A stretch of 64,000 nucleotides of DNA from an uncultured Actinomycetes bacterium (lineage in GTDB: Bacteria > Actinomycetota > Thermoleophilia > Gaiellales > Gaiellaceae), in NCBI GenBank assembly GCA_963697005.1, contig CAVOMK010000010.1:19774-83773 (forward strand), written 5' to 3'. The position numbers and the translations under genes were made by a program. This document shows, piece after piece, positions 48,631-59,733 of this stretch. How positions within the stretch are numbered: the first letter of the stretch is position 1; every line of letters starts with the position of its first letter. The notes under the pieces were generated by a model that searched no databases, had not been told where the DNA came from, and saw nothing but the letters and a program-made list of their open reading frames with translations.

Positions 48631-50282
48631 ACCGAGTACAGCGCTTCGATCTCGTCGCCGAAGTGCTCGTGCACGATCCGGCGGCGGAGCTTCATCGTCG
48701 GCGTGAGCTCGCCGGCTTCCTGCGAGAAATCCCGCGGCAGGATGGTGAACCGCTTGATCTGCTCGACGCGGACGCGATCGCGGTTGACGCTGTCGACGAC
48801 CTCCTGCACGAGCTGCTCCGGGTCGCGCCCCGAGCCGTTGACCTCGTCCGGGTCGAGCGTGATCAGCGCCGTCACGTAGGGGCGCCGGTCGCCGACCACG
48901 AGCGCCTGCGAGACGAAGCGCGACGCCTTGAGCGCGTTCTCGAGGTTCTGCGGCGCGATGTTCTTGCCGCCCGCGGTGATGATGATGTCCTTCTTGCGGT
49001 CGGTGATCTTCACGAAGCCGTCGGCGTCGATCTCGCCGATGTCGCCGGTGCGGAAGAAGCCGTCCTCGGTGAAGGCGGCCGCGGTGGCCTCGGGATCCTT
49101 GAAGTAGCCCTTGAAGACGCTGTCGCTCCGCACGAGGATCTCGCCGTCCTCGTCCAGCTTCACCTCGGAGCCGTCGACGACCCGGCCGACGGTGCCGAAG
49201 CGGTAGTCATCCGGGTCGTTGACGCTGAGCGAGCTCGACGTCTCGGTCAGCCCGTAGCCCTCGATCACGAGCATGTTCAGCGACCGGAAGAACTCGAGGA
49301 CGTCGATGCCGAGCGGCGCGGCGCCGGAGATGCCGATGCGGATGCGTCCGCCGAGGCGGTCGCGGATCTTCTTGAACACGAGTGCGTCCGCGACCCGTCC
49401 CTGCACGCTGGCCGGCTTGTTGGTCGCGCCGACGCGGAGCGCCCAGCGGCCGATCGCGCGCTTCACGGGGCTCGACCGCTCGATCTCGCCGACAACGTTG
49501 GCGTGGATCTTCTCGTACACGCGCGGGACTGCAGGGAGGATCGTCGGCCGCGTGCGCGCGAGCGCTTCCGGTAGCCGCGCCACGTCGGACACGATCGCGA
49601 GTGTGGAGCCGTGGTACGCAGCGCCCCCGTGGACGATGCGGGCGAAGCTGTGCGCCATCGGCAGGAACAGCAGGACGACGTCGGTCTCGTCCTGGAGCTC
49701 GTTGCGCACGCCCATGGCTGCTGTGACGAGGTTCTTGTGGGTGAGCATGCAGCCCTTCGGCGGGCCGGTCGTCCCTGACGTGTAGATGAGCGTCGCGAGG
49801 TCCTCTTCGCCGATCGGCTCCCGCTCGGAATCTCCGGCGCTCGCTTCGAGCGCCTCGAGCTCGTCGAACCGCACGATCGGCCCGTTGTAGACGGAGGCGA
49901 GCTTGGCGGCCTGCTCGTCGTCCTCGACGAAGGCGAGCACCGCCCCGGAGTGGCCGAGGATGTACCCGCACTCGCTCGCAGTGTTCGTCGGGTAGAGCCC
50001 GACGACGACCGCGCCGATGGACATGATCGCCCAGTCGAGGAGGATCCACTCGAGGCGCGTCCGGGAGAGCACGGCGACCGCGTCCCCGCGCCGGACTCCG
50101 CGGGCGAGGAGTCCCCGCGCCAGGGCGTCGACCCGGCGGCCGGCCTCCTCCCAGGAGACGTCGCGCCAGCCATCCGGCTGCTCCTCCAGGTACGCGGGCA
50201 TCGACTGGTGCTGCTCCTGCACGTAGCGCCAGAGGGCAGGCGCAGTGCGAGTTTCGAGCGGCACACGGGCATGGTAAGCCAA
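48627..50282 (-). CDS. Long-chain acyl-CoA synthetase (AMP-forming).
   Basis: The 551-aa ORF carries YTSGTTGPPKG, GYGLTETS and ITDRKKDIIITAGGKNI. Confidence 0.9.
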   Translation of the reverse strand: MAYHARVPLETRTAPALWRYVQEQHQSMPAYLEEQPDGWRDVSWEEAGRRVDALARGLLARGVRRGDAVAVLSRTRLEWILLDWAIMSIGAVVVGLYPTNTASECGYILGHSGAVLAFVEDDEQAAKLASVYNGPIVRFDELEALEASAGDSEREPIGEEDLATLIYTSGTTGPPKGCMLTHKNLVTAAMGVRNELQDETDVVLLFLPMAHSFARIVHGGAAYHGSTLAIVSDVARLPEALARTRPTILPAVPRVYEKIHANVVGEIERSSPVKRAIGRWALRVGATNKPASVQGRVADALVFKKIRDRLGGRIRIGISGAAPLGIDVLEFFRSLNMLVIEGYGLTETSSSLSVNDPDDYRFGTVGRVVDGSEVKLDEDGEILVRSDSVFKGYFKDPEATAAAFTEDGFFRTGDIGEIDADGFVKITDRKKDIIITAGGKNIAPQNLENALKASRFVSQALVVGDRRPYVTALITLDPDEVNGSGRDPEQLVQEVVDSVNRDRVRVEQIKRFTILPRDFSQEAGELTPTMKLRRRIVHEHFGDEIEALYSV

Positions 50283-50319
50283 AGGAGATATGCCACCTGA
50301 CTAGAATTCGGTTGATCCC

Positions 50320-51183
50320 ATGAGGACGATCTGGAACGGATCGATCAGCTTCGGGCTGGTCAACATCCCCATCGGTCTCGCGCTGGCGACCCAGCGGGAC
50401 GACGTCTCCTTCCGGACGCTGCACCGGGAGTGCGGCACGCCGATCAAGCAGAAGCGGTGGTGCCCGTTCCACGAGCGCGACGTCGAGGCGGACGAGCTGG
50501 TCAAGGGCTGGGAGGTCGCCAAGGGCGAGTTCGTCATCGTCGAGGAGTCCGATCTCGAGGCCGTCGCGCTTCAGCGCTCGCAGTCGATCGAGATCCTCCG
50601 CTTCGTCAAGCTCGAACAGGTCGACCCGGTCTACTTCGACCGGACGTACTACCTCGCGCCGGCGGCCTCCGAGGCGCAGCGGCGTCCGTACGTCCTCCTC
50701 CTGCGCGCGATGGAGGAGTCGGGGATGGCGGCGGTTGGGAAGTTCGTGCTGTGGGGCAAGGAGAACCTTTGCCTGATCCGTCCGCAGGGTGACTCGCTCG
50801 CCCTCGAGACGCTCTTCTTCGCCGACGACGTCCGCTCGAAGGCGGAGATCGAGGAGGCGGTCGAGGCGACCGAGGTGAAGAAGGCCGAGCTCGCGCTGGC
50901 GGGACAGGTGATCGAGAGCCTCGTCGGCGAGTGGAACGCGGCCGACTTCGAGAACGAGTACCGGCGCGATCTGAAGGCGATGCTCGACGCGAAGCTCGCC
51001 GGCCAGGAGATCACGCGGCCCGAGCCTGCGCCCGAAGCACCGGTCATCGACCTCATGGAGGCACTGCGCCAGAGCGTCGTCGATGTGCAGCAGCGTCGCG
51101 GAGACGGAAAGGCGCCCGAAAAGACGAAAGCCGCCTCGTCGGGCGGCTCTCGCCGAAAAGCGCCTGCGCGAAAAGTCTCCTAG
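50320..51183 (+). CDS. ku: Non-homologous end-joining protein Ku.
   Basis: The protein reads MRTIWNGSISFGLVNIPIGLALAT ... YFDRTYYLAP, with a basic C-terminal tail. Confidence 0.93.
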   Translation: MRTIWNGSISFGLVNIPIGLALATQRDDVSFRTLHRECGTPIKQKRWCPFHERDVEADELVKGWEVAKGEFVIVEESDLEAVALQRSQSIEILRFVKLEQVDPVYFDRTYYLAPAASEAQRRPYVLLLRAMEESGMAAVGKFVLWGKENLCLIRPQGDSLALETLFFADDVRSKAEIEEAVEATEVKKAELALAGQVIESLVGEWNAADFENEYRRDLKAMLDAKLAGQEITRPEPAPEAPVIDLMEALRQSVVDVQQRRGDGKAPEKTKAASSGGSRRKAPARKVS

Positions 51184-51350
51184 CTCGCCTTCGGGAACGC
51201 TCCCACCGCTTCGAGCTGCACCTGGAAAAGGTGCTTGTCGATCTTGCCCTGGTAGATCGGCACGCCTTCCTGCATGCAGAGCCTGATCACCTCCTGCCGG
51301 TCGATCTTCAACTCTTCCGACAGCTCCTCGGGCGTGAGGTGATTCGCCAT
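51180..51350 (-). CDS. Small hypothetical protein, 56 aa, possibly helix-turn-helix.
   Basis: ATG 51350 lies 8 nt after GGAAGGAG. The protein is MANHLTPEELSEELKIDRQEVIRLCMQEGVPIYQGKIDKHLFQVQLEAVGAFPKAS. Confidence 0.55.
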   Translation of the reverse strand: MANHLTPEELSEELKIDRQEVIRLCMQEGVPIYQGKIDKHLFQVQLEAVGAFPKAS

Positions 51351-51375
51351 TCGGCCTGCTCCTTCCTCGGGCACG

Positions 51376-51412
51376 AAAAAACCCGCCGGCGCCGAGCGCT
51401 CAGACGGGTTTT
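51376..51412 (-). promoter_or_regulatory. Terminator-like hairpin plus T6 on the minus strand, directly upstream of the small gene's RBS.
   Basis: The plus strand reads AAAAAACCCG-[GCGC-CGA-GCGC inner stem]-CGGGTTTT. A second hairpin, GACGGGC/GCCCGTC, is at 51436-51457. Confidence 0.45.
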
Positions 51413-51472
51413 GCGTGACCCTTGCTTGTCGACGTGACGGGCTTCACTCGGCCCGTCCCAGAAAGACATCCA

Positions 51473-52345
51473 TTGAGCACAGAATATGCCCCGGTGCCGA
51501 CGGATGGCAAACCCGATATCGAAGGGTTCGACGAGCGCACCCTGATCCACGAGGGGACGCGGATCCGCTACCTCGTGGGCGGCGACGGGCCCCCGCTCGT
51601 GCTCGTCCACGGCCTGGGCGGAGGGGCCGCGAACTGGCGGCTGATCGCGCCTGCCCTCGCCGCGGGGCGGCGGGTGCTCGTGCCCGAGCTGCCCGGCCAC
51701 GGCGGTTCCGCTCCGCTCGGCGGCGCGGACTCGATCGACCCCTTCGCCCAGGCGGTGCTGGCCGTCGCCGAGGCGGAGGGCGCGCTGCCGGCCCCCTGGG
51801 TCGGGCACTCGCTCGGCGGCCTCGTCGCGCTCCGCGCCGCGGCGCTGCGACCGGAGGCCGTCACCGGCATCGTCCTCGCCGCGGCCGCCGGGATCACGTC
51901 GGCCAGCTGGATCGGGCGGGTGACGGTGACGCTCATCGGGATCGCGCGGCCGGGCAAGCTGCTCGGGCGGCGGCGGCGGACGGTGTCGCGCTCGCGTGCC
52001 GGACGCACGCTCGCCTTCGGGTGGTGGGGCGTCGCCGATCCGGCGGGCCTCGACCCCGAGATGGCGGAGGCATTCCTCGCGGGGCCGACGCGACACACGG
52101 ACACGCTCACCGCCGGGAAGGCGCTCGTCGTCTCCGATCCTCGACGCGACCTCCACCACGTGACGTGCCCGGTTCTCTGCCTCTGGGGTGCGAACGACAA
52201 CTGGGTCCCGCTCGCGGACGGCATCGAGTACGCGCGGCGATTGCGCGCGCCGCTGCGCACGATCGCCGACTGCGGGCACCTGCTGATTGGCGAACGGCCG
52301 GAAGCCGTGCTCCGCGCGATCGAGGAGTTCCTCGCAGGCCTCTAG
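51473..52345 (+). CDS. Alpha/beta-fold hydrolase.
   Basis: The protein carries PPLVLVHGLGGGAANW, VGHSLGG and ADCGHLL. The start is TTG 51473, or TTG 51422 as in the ORF track. Confidence 0.82.
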   Translation: MSTEYAPVPTDGKPDIEGFDERTLIHEGTRIRYLVGGDGPPLVLVHGLGGGAANWRLIAPALAAGRRVLVPELPGHGGSAPLGGADSIDPFAQAVLAVAEAEGALPAPWVGHSLGGLVALRAAALRPEAVTGIVLAAAAGITSASWIGRVTVTLIGIARPGKLLGRRRRTVSRSRAGRTLAFGWWGVADPAGLDPEMAEAFLAGPTRHTDTLTAGKALVVSDPRRDLHHVTCPVLCLWGANDNWVPLADGIEYARRLRAPLRTIADCGHLLIGERPEAVLRAIEEFLAGL

Positions 52346-52701
52346 GCGCTCGCCGCCGTCTCGAACGGAATCACCTCCGCTCCCTCCTCGTTCTCTCGAC
52401 GCGGCCCGCCGAGGAAGTCGACGCGTTTCGCGACGACCTCGACGACGCGGCGCCGTTTCCCCTCCTCCTCCCAGTTGCGGCTGCGCAGGTAGCCCTCGAG
52501 GCCGACTCGCCGGCCTTTGCTCAGGTACTCGGCGCAGAGCTCCGCCTGCCGGTCCCAGACCGACACGCCGACGAAGTCGGCCCCCGCGTCTCGCGCGCCG
52601 CGGCCGACCGCGAGCAGGAAGCTCGCCACCTTCTTGTCCTCGCCCACCTCGCGTAGCTCGACGTCGGAAGCGAGGTTGCCGATCAGGTTCACCGTGTTCA
52701 T
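52342..52701 (-). CDS. ssb: Single-stranded DNA-binding protein.
   Basis: The protein reads MNTVNLIGNLASDVELREVGEDKKVASFLLAV. The C-terminus contains ...VIPF. Confidence 0.88.
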   Translation of the reverse strand: MNTVNLIGNLASDVELREVGEDKKVASFLLAVGRGARDAGADFVGVSVWDRQAELCAEYLSKGRRVGLEGYLRSRNWEEEGKRRRVVEVVAKRVDFLGGPRRENEEGAEVIPFETAASA

Positions 52702-52722
52702 GCGGTGAAGGTAGATCGTCAC

Positions 52723-52751
52723 TTGTCACGAAAGGTGCTCAGCTTTATCAC
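52723..52751 (+). promoter_or_regulatory. Candidate mreB promoter TTGTCA-17 nt-TATCAC.
   Basis: The hexamers were read directly, 26 nt upstream of ATG 52777. Confidence 0.3.
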
Positions 52752-52764
52752 TTTTCGCAGATAG

Positions 52765-53832
<1,068 letters not shown>

Positions 53833-53892
53833 GACCCGCACGGCGCCCGGATGGGCCTCGTCGCGCCGGGCACGACTGTAACCTAGGGCGCG

Positions 53893-54834
53893 GTGGCGCC
53901 TCCGAACCGCTCCGCACGCGTGGCGGTGCTGGGCTCCTCGCTCCAGCGCTCCAATCCCAGCCCGCGTCCGTCCCGGGTCCGTAGCGCACTGGTCCGGCGC
54001 ATCGTGCTCGCGGTCCTCGTGATCCTCGCGCTCGCGCTGCTGACCATCTCCTTCCGCTCCCCGACCTCCGGGTACCTCCACGACGCGCAGAGCTACGGCT
54101 CCGACGCGCTGCGGCCGTTCCAGGTCGCCGCGGTGCGCGTCGCGCGGCCGTTCCGCGACGCCTACAACTACGTCGACAGCCTCGCGCGCGCGAAGTCGCG
54201 CAACGCGAAGCTCGAGCAGATGGTGCGCGACTACCGCGGTCAGGCGCTGCTCAACGCCTCGGCGGTCCAGCAGAACAACGACCTCAAGAAGCTGCTCCAG
54301 TTCGAGGAGGGTCCGACCTATCCGCAGGACTTCCGCGCCGTGAACACGTCCGTCATCTCGTTCCCGTCCGGATCGTTCACGCAGCAGATCGTCATCGACG
54401 CCGGGTCGAACCAGGGCATCCATCTGAACACGCCCGTCGTCAGCGCCGACGGGCTCGTCGGCAAGGTGACGCAGCTCGGCCACACGACCTCCGTCGTGAC
54501 GCTCCTCACCGATCCCGACAGCGCCGTGCCGGCGCGCGATCTGAAGACGCACGTGAGCGGGCTCATCCGGCACGGGCAAGGCGGGACGCTCATCCTCGAC
54601 CGCGTGTCGAAGGATCAGGTCGTCAACAAGGGCGACTGGATCATCACGCGCGGCACCGTCGACCGCAGGTATCCGGACGAGTACCCGTACGGCATCCCGA
54701 TCGGACGCGTCGTCGCCGTCGGGACGAGCGACATCGCGAGCTTCCTCACCGTGCAGGTGCAGCCGCTCGCGAACCTCGACTCGATCGACGCCGTCGCCGC
54801 GCTCGTCCCCAAGCATCCGCGCGCGAAACCGTGA
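53893..54834 (+). CDS. mreC: Rod-shape-determining protein MreC.
   Basis: It has a TM helix, a coiled coil (AKSRNAKLEQMVRDYR), and PVVSADGLVGKV. Confidence 0.88.
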   Translation: MAPPNRSARVAVLGSSLQRSNPSPRPSRVRSALVRRIVLAVLVILALALLTISFRSPTSGYLHDAQSYGSDALRPFQVAAVRVARPFRDAYNYVDSLARAKSRNAKLEQMVRDYRGQALLNASAVQQNNDLKKLLQFEEGPTYPQDFRAVNTSVISFPSGSFTQQIVIDAGSNQGIHLNTPVVSADGLVGKVTQLGHTTSVVTLLTDPDSAVPARDLKTHVSGLIRHGQGGTLILDRVSKDQVVNKGDWIITRGTVDRRYPDEYPYGIPIGRVVAVGTSDIASFLTVQVQPLANLDSIDAVAALVPKHPRAKP

Positions 54835-55355
54835 CCATCGCCGACGGCTTCAAGGCCGCGGCGCTGCTCTTCGTCGCGGCGATCGCCCAGGTGTCGATCT
54901 TCTCGCAACTGCGCGTGTACGGCGGCGTCCCGCAGGTCGTCCTCGTCACGCTCGTCAGCGTCGCGCTGCTGCGCGGGGCGGTCGCCGGAGCGATCGCTGG
55001 ATTCTTCGCCGGCCTCGTCGTCGACACGGCGACGCTCGGCCAGCTCGGCCTGACCTCGCTCGTGCTCACCGTGTCCGGCTACTGGATCGGCCGCTACGGC
55101 GAGACGACCGGACGCGACCGCGGGCATGCGCCGTTCCTGTCGATCGCGGTGGTGACGTTCCTCTATGCGTTCGGCATCCTGCTCGTCACCTTCATGCTCG
55201 GCGAGCGTGCGCCCGCAGGACCGGAGATGCGGAGCCTGCTGCCGACGATCGTCATGAACCTCGTCCTGACGGCTCCTGTGTACGCGCTCGTGCGCATCCT
55301 GCTCCGCCCGCGCGAGCGTGCCGACTACGCCACCGAGGTGCAGCTGCTTGGCTAG
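54831..55355 (+). CDS. mreD: Rod-shape-determining protein MreD.
   Basis: This 174-aa polytopic ORF sits between mreC and mrdA. Confidence 0.8.
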   Translation: MTIADGFKAAALLFVAAIAQVSIFSQLRVYGGVPQVVLVTLVSVALLRGAVAGAIAGFFAGLVVDTATLGQLGLTSLVLTVSGYWIGRYGETTGRDRGHAPFLSIAVVTFLYAFGILLVTFMLGERAPAGPEMRSLLPTIVMNLVLTAPVYALVRILLRPRERADYATEVQLLG

Positions 55356-57376
55356 CACTACCGCAGGCGAACGCCCCCGCTCGAAGCGGTTCATGCCGCC
55401 GAGCAAGGGCGTCGCCGAGCCGTACCGGCCGAGCGCACGGGTGCTCCGCCGGGTGAGCGTGCTCGGCGTCGCGATGCTTGTCATCTTCGCCGTCCTTGTG
55501 CTGCGGCTCTGGGCGCTCCAGGTGCTCGCCGGGACGAAGTACGTGAACCAGGCGGCGGCGAACTCGTTCCGCACCGTTCGCGTACAGGCGCCGCGGGGCC
55601 AGATCCTCGACCGCAACGGCGTGCCGCTCGTGACGAATGCGCCGGCGACCTCGATTCTTCTGTGGCCGGCCGACCTGCCGAAGGTCTACACGACGCGCTA
55701 CGCGGAGTTGCGCGCGCTTTCCCGGCTGACGAGCGTCCCGCTGTATCAGATCGCGGCCGGGATCAAGGCGCGACGCGCGGCCAATGACCTCGTAACGCCG
55801 GTGACGGTGCGCGAGGCCGCCGGCGAGCCGATGATCGCCTACCTGTACGAGAACGCAGCGCAGTTCCCGGGCGTGACGACGTGGCGGACGTTCATCCGCC
55901 ACTACCCGTACCACTCGCTCGCGGCGCAGGTGCTCGGCTACGTCGGGGAGATCTCGCCGGCTCAGCTGAAGGGCCTTTCGAAGCAGGGATACCAGTCCGG
56001 CGACGTGATCGGCCAGAGCGGGGTGGAGTCGTCATACGACAGCTATCTCCGCGGTGTCGCCGGCAGCGCGCGGATGCACATCGACGCGTTCGGGCGGCCG
56101 CGCAGCGGCCTGACGACGACGACGATCGCGAAGCCCGGCAACGACGTCCGGCTGACGATCGACGTGAAGCTGCAGCAGGCGGCCGAGAAGGCGCTGCAGT
56201 ACGGAATCCATCTCGCGCAGGCGAACGGGAAGTGGGCGGCGCGCGGCGGCGCGATCGTCGCCCTCGACCCGAACGACGGCTCGATCCTCGCGATGGCGTC
56301 CGCGCCGACGTACGACCCGTCCGTGTACGCCGGCCACGTGACCTTGGGGGAGCTCGCGCGTGCGGGCCTGACGCCGAAGACGGCGCCGGCGAAGAACATC
56401 CCATCGCTGAACCGCGCCGTTTCGGGCCTGTATCCGCCGGGGTCGACGTTCAAGCCCGTGACCGCGCTCGCCGCGATGCAGGAGCACCTGCTCTCGCCGT
56501 ACGCGTATCTGCCGTGCACGGGCACGTACAGCTCGCCGCAGGACCGGTCGCATCGCACGTTCCACAACTGGGACCCGAACGTGAATCAGGCGATGGATCT
56601 GCCGACCGCGCTCGCGTACTCGTGCGACACGTACTTCTACCGAGTCGGCAACGAGTTCTACAACCTCCCTTCCGACCGCGGGCAGCCGATCCAGAAGCTG
56701 GCCAACGCATTCGGCTTTGGACAGTCGACGGGCGTCGACGTCGGGCCCGAGGCGATCGGTCTCGTGCCGACGATCGGATGGCGGCAGCAGCACTTCACGA
56801 GCGCAGTCGACAAGCTCTGGAAGCCGGGCGACTCGATCGAGCTCGCGGTGGGACAGGGCGACCTCCTCGTCACGCCGTTGCAGATGGCGCGCCTGTACGC
56901 GGCGCTTGCGAACGGTGGCAAGCTCGTGACCCCGCACGTGCTCGACGACGTCGAGAGCCCGAACGGGGCGCGCGTCCCGGTGCCGGCGATCCCCGCGCCC
57001 CGCGAGGTGGGAATCGATCCCGGCAGCGCTCCATGCCGTTCAGAAGGGGCTGTGGGAGGCAACGCACCTGCCGTTCGGCACCTCGTACTCGGTGTTCGGC
57101 AAGTTCCCGGTCTCCATCGCAGGCAAGACCGGTACGGCCCAGAAGGTGGTCTCGCTCCCGGGGTATCTCGGCCTCCAGAACCAGGCGTGGTGGTGCGGAT
57201 ACGGCCCGTACAACTCTCCGAAGCTCGTCGTGTGCGCGCTCATCGAGAACGGCGGGTACGGCGGCGACGTGGCGGCACCGGCGGCCGCCAAGGTGTTCGC
57301 CGCCTACTTCCACGTGGCGTTCCACATCCTCGGCCCCATCCACAGCGACTATGGAAGGATGGGCACACTCCGCTGA
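55348..57376 (+). CDS. mrdA: Penicillin-binding protein 2 (elongasome transpeptidase) with an apparent +1 frame change near 57022.
   Basis: TTG 55348 follows GAGGTG by 7 nt. The protein carries PPGSTFKP (SxxK). The C-terminal part, AALHAVQKGLWEAT...IAGKTGTAQ, is in frame 2 (ORF 57092..57376). Confidence 0.9.
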
Positions 57377-58608
57377 TGCTCGAGTACGCGGGATCGCAAC
57401 ACGCCGGGCATCGGACCGACCGCGACGACGGGCTCGCGATCGTCGGCGTGCTCCGTTCGCTCGACTGGGTGCTGCTGGCAGGCGTCGCGGGGCTCGTGTG
57501 CCGTCGGCCTGTGGGCCGTCTCGGGCGTCACCCGCTTCGCCGTGGTCGGCAACCCGAGCTACTACCTCGACCGGCAGATGATCTACGTCGGCGTCGGCGG
57601 CGGTCGCGCTCGTGCTCGCCCTGTTCGTCGACCCGGACGTCTACCGCCGCTACTGGAAGCCGATCTTCATCGGCACCGTGCTGCTGATCGCCTTCGTCCT
57701 CGTCGTCGGACACGCGGCGCGCGGATCGACGCGGTGGATCTCGCTCGGCTTCTTCACCTTCCAGCCGTCCGAGTTCGGGAAGCTCGCGTTCGTGCTCGCG
57801 CTGGCCGGCTTCGTCTCCGATCGCGGGCGCGCGGTCGGAACGTTCGACACGACGCTCCGTGTCCTCGGCCTCGGCGTTATTCCCGATCGTGCTCGTGTTC
57901 GCGCAGCCCGACCTCGGCACCGCGCTCGTCTACCTCGCGGCGCTCACGGCGATGCTCTTCGTCGGCGGCACATCGTGGCGCCAGCTCACGGTGCTCGGCT
58001 CGATCGGAGTGCTCCTCGTCGTCGGCGTCCTGTGGGCGGGGCCGGCCGTCGGCGTGAACTTCCTCAAGGGCTATCAGCAGTCTCGGCTCACATGCTTCGT
58101 GCATCCGTCGAAGTGCTCGTCGGCGGACACGCGCTACAACCTCGAGCAGTCGATCGTCGCGGTCGGCGCCGGCCAGGTGTACGGACGCGGCGTCAACAAC
58201 GCGACGCAGACGCGGCTGCAGTTCCTGCCCGAGCACGGCACCGACTTCGTGTTCGCGTCGTACAGCGAGCAGCGCGGGTTCGTCGGCGCCGCGCTCCTGC
58301 TCGCCCTCTACCTGCTCGTGCTCTGGCGGGCGCTTCGCATCGTGTCGATCGCGCGGGACTACTACTCGGCGATCGTCGCGGGCGGCATCGTCGTCGCGCT
58401 GCTGTTCCAGATCTTCGTCAACATCGGGATGACGATGGGGATCGCGCCGATCACCGGCATCCCGCTTCCGTTCGTCAGCGTTGGCGGCTCGTCGATGATC
58501 GCGAACCTCGCCGCCATGGGCGTGCTGCTCGCGATCTACGCGCGCGGCCGCGCCCAGGAGGCGGCGGTAGTGCCCTGCGGGCCTCGCCTCGCCGAAACGG
58601 AGCCGTAG
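57376..58608 (+). CDS. rodA: SEDS peptidoglycan polymerase RodA with three apparent +1 frame changes, near 57499, near 57602 and within 57860-57886.
   Basis: The pieces are MLEYAGSQ...LDWVLLAGVAGLV | AVGLWAVSGVTRF...YVGVGG | VALVLALFVDPD...FQPSEFGKLAFVLALA | IVLVFAQPDLGTAL...ITGIPLPFVSVGGSSM. Confidence 0.9.
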
Positions 58609-58612
58609 GCTG

Positions 58613-59412
58613 ATGAAGACGCCGGTTTCCGTCGGCGCGCTGCGGAAGCTGATGAAGGAGCTGCAGGCGGCCGGCAAGGACCGGAAGCCGGTCGCGCTCG
58701 GCGGCGCCGGCCGAGATCGCGCGCACGCTCGAGCGGGAGCTGACGCGCGGCGGGGATCCGTCCGCGGTGCGCGTCGGCGCGCCCCAAGGAGCGGCCGTCT
58801 ACGTCCACATCGCGACCGGCGACGACGAAGGAGCGCTGCGAGCCGCGCGGCGTGCCCGCGTGCCGATCGTCGCCGTCGCGTTCGACGACGAACCGCTGCC
58901 GTACGTGCTCGCGACGGACATCGTCCGGGTCGGGCCAGGCGAACGCCTTCCCGTCGACCGGATCGCAGCCGCGGTCGCCGCGCGACTGGGGGAGGCCGGA
59001 GCGCCGCTCGCCGGACGGCTGCCGGTGCTACGCGGCGCGGTCTGCGACCGGATCGTCGCGTCGTTCGCGCGCAAGAACGGGATCGTGGGCGTGGCGGTGT
59101 TCGTCCCCGGCGCCGATCTGCCCGTCCTCGCGCTCAACCAGGTGCGGATGCTGCTCCTGCTCGACCAGGCGTACGGGCTGGAGCTGGACCCGCGCGAGCG
59201 GCTGCCGGAGGTCCTCGCCGTCGTCGGCGCCGGGCCTCGGCCTGCGCGCGGTCGCCCGTGAGTTGCTCGACGTCGTTCCTGTAGCGGGGTGGGCCGTAAA
59301 GGGCGGCATTGCGTATGCAGGCACGCGCGCCCTCGGCGAGGCCGCGATCCGGCGCCTCGAGCTGGTCCATCTAGGCGGCGGCGGGGCGCAGCTTCGCGCG
59401 CCGCGGCCTTGA
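58613..59412 (+). CDS. Hypothetical protein, DUF697/YcjF-like C-terminal half (assignment from memory). There are two apparent +1 frame changes, near 58712 and 59232, and the 3' end is uncertain.
   Basis: The pieces are MKTPVSVGALRKLMKELQAAGKDRKPVALGGAG | EIARTLERELTRGGDP...LALNQVRMLLLLDQAYGLELD...VVGAG | LGLRAVARELLDVVPVAGWAVKGGIAYAGTRALGEAAI. Confidence 0.5.
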
Positions 59413-59572
59413 TGGCGCGGAGGCGCTGCTGCAAGCGGGCCCAGGCCCAGGGCTCGATCTCGAGGTAGCGAGCCTCGGTCTGGCCCCGTATGGCCTCGCC
59501 ATACTCGAACCAGGCGTCCGCCTCCTCGATGAGCAGGAGCTCCTCGGCCTCGGTGCTCTGCAACCTGGTCAC
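59372..59572 (-). CDS. Small hypothetical protein. Only the 5' part is supported and the stop is undetermined.
   Basis: GTG 59572 gives MTRLQSTEAEELLLIEEADAWFEYGEAIRGQTEARYLEIEPWAWARLQQRLRAIKAAA. The frame then stays open antisense to the neighbouring gene. Confidence 0.4.
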
Positions 59573-59733
59573 GGTCGAACCTCCAGGGTCGTGATTGCCG
59601 GATCGTAGGTCCGGGGTCGGACGACGCCCCTGCTACCCTGCGTGCACATGGTTTTCATGCCTGACCCACAGCGCGCGCGCCGCCCCGAGACCTCGGGCGT
59701 CGCTGTCGCGCGCTTCAACGAAGGAGTTTTTTC

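Noticed and set aside
59371-59374. A fourth CTAG shared-stop pair, the DUF697-like gene and the small minus-strand gene.
   Set aside because: As the sequence stands, both stops are out of frame. It would need two further unsupported indels.
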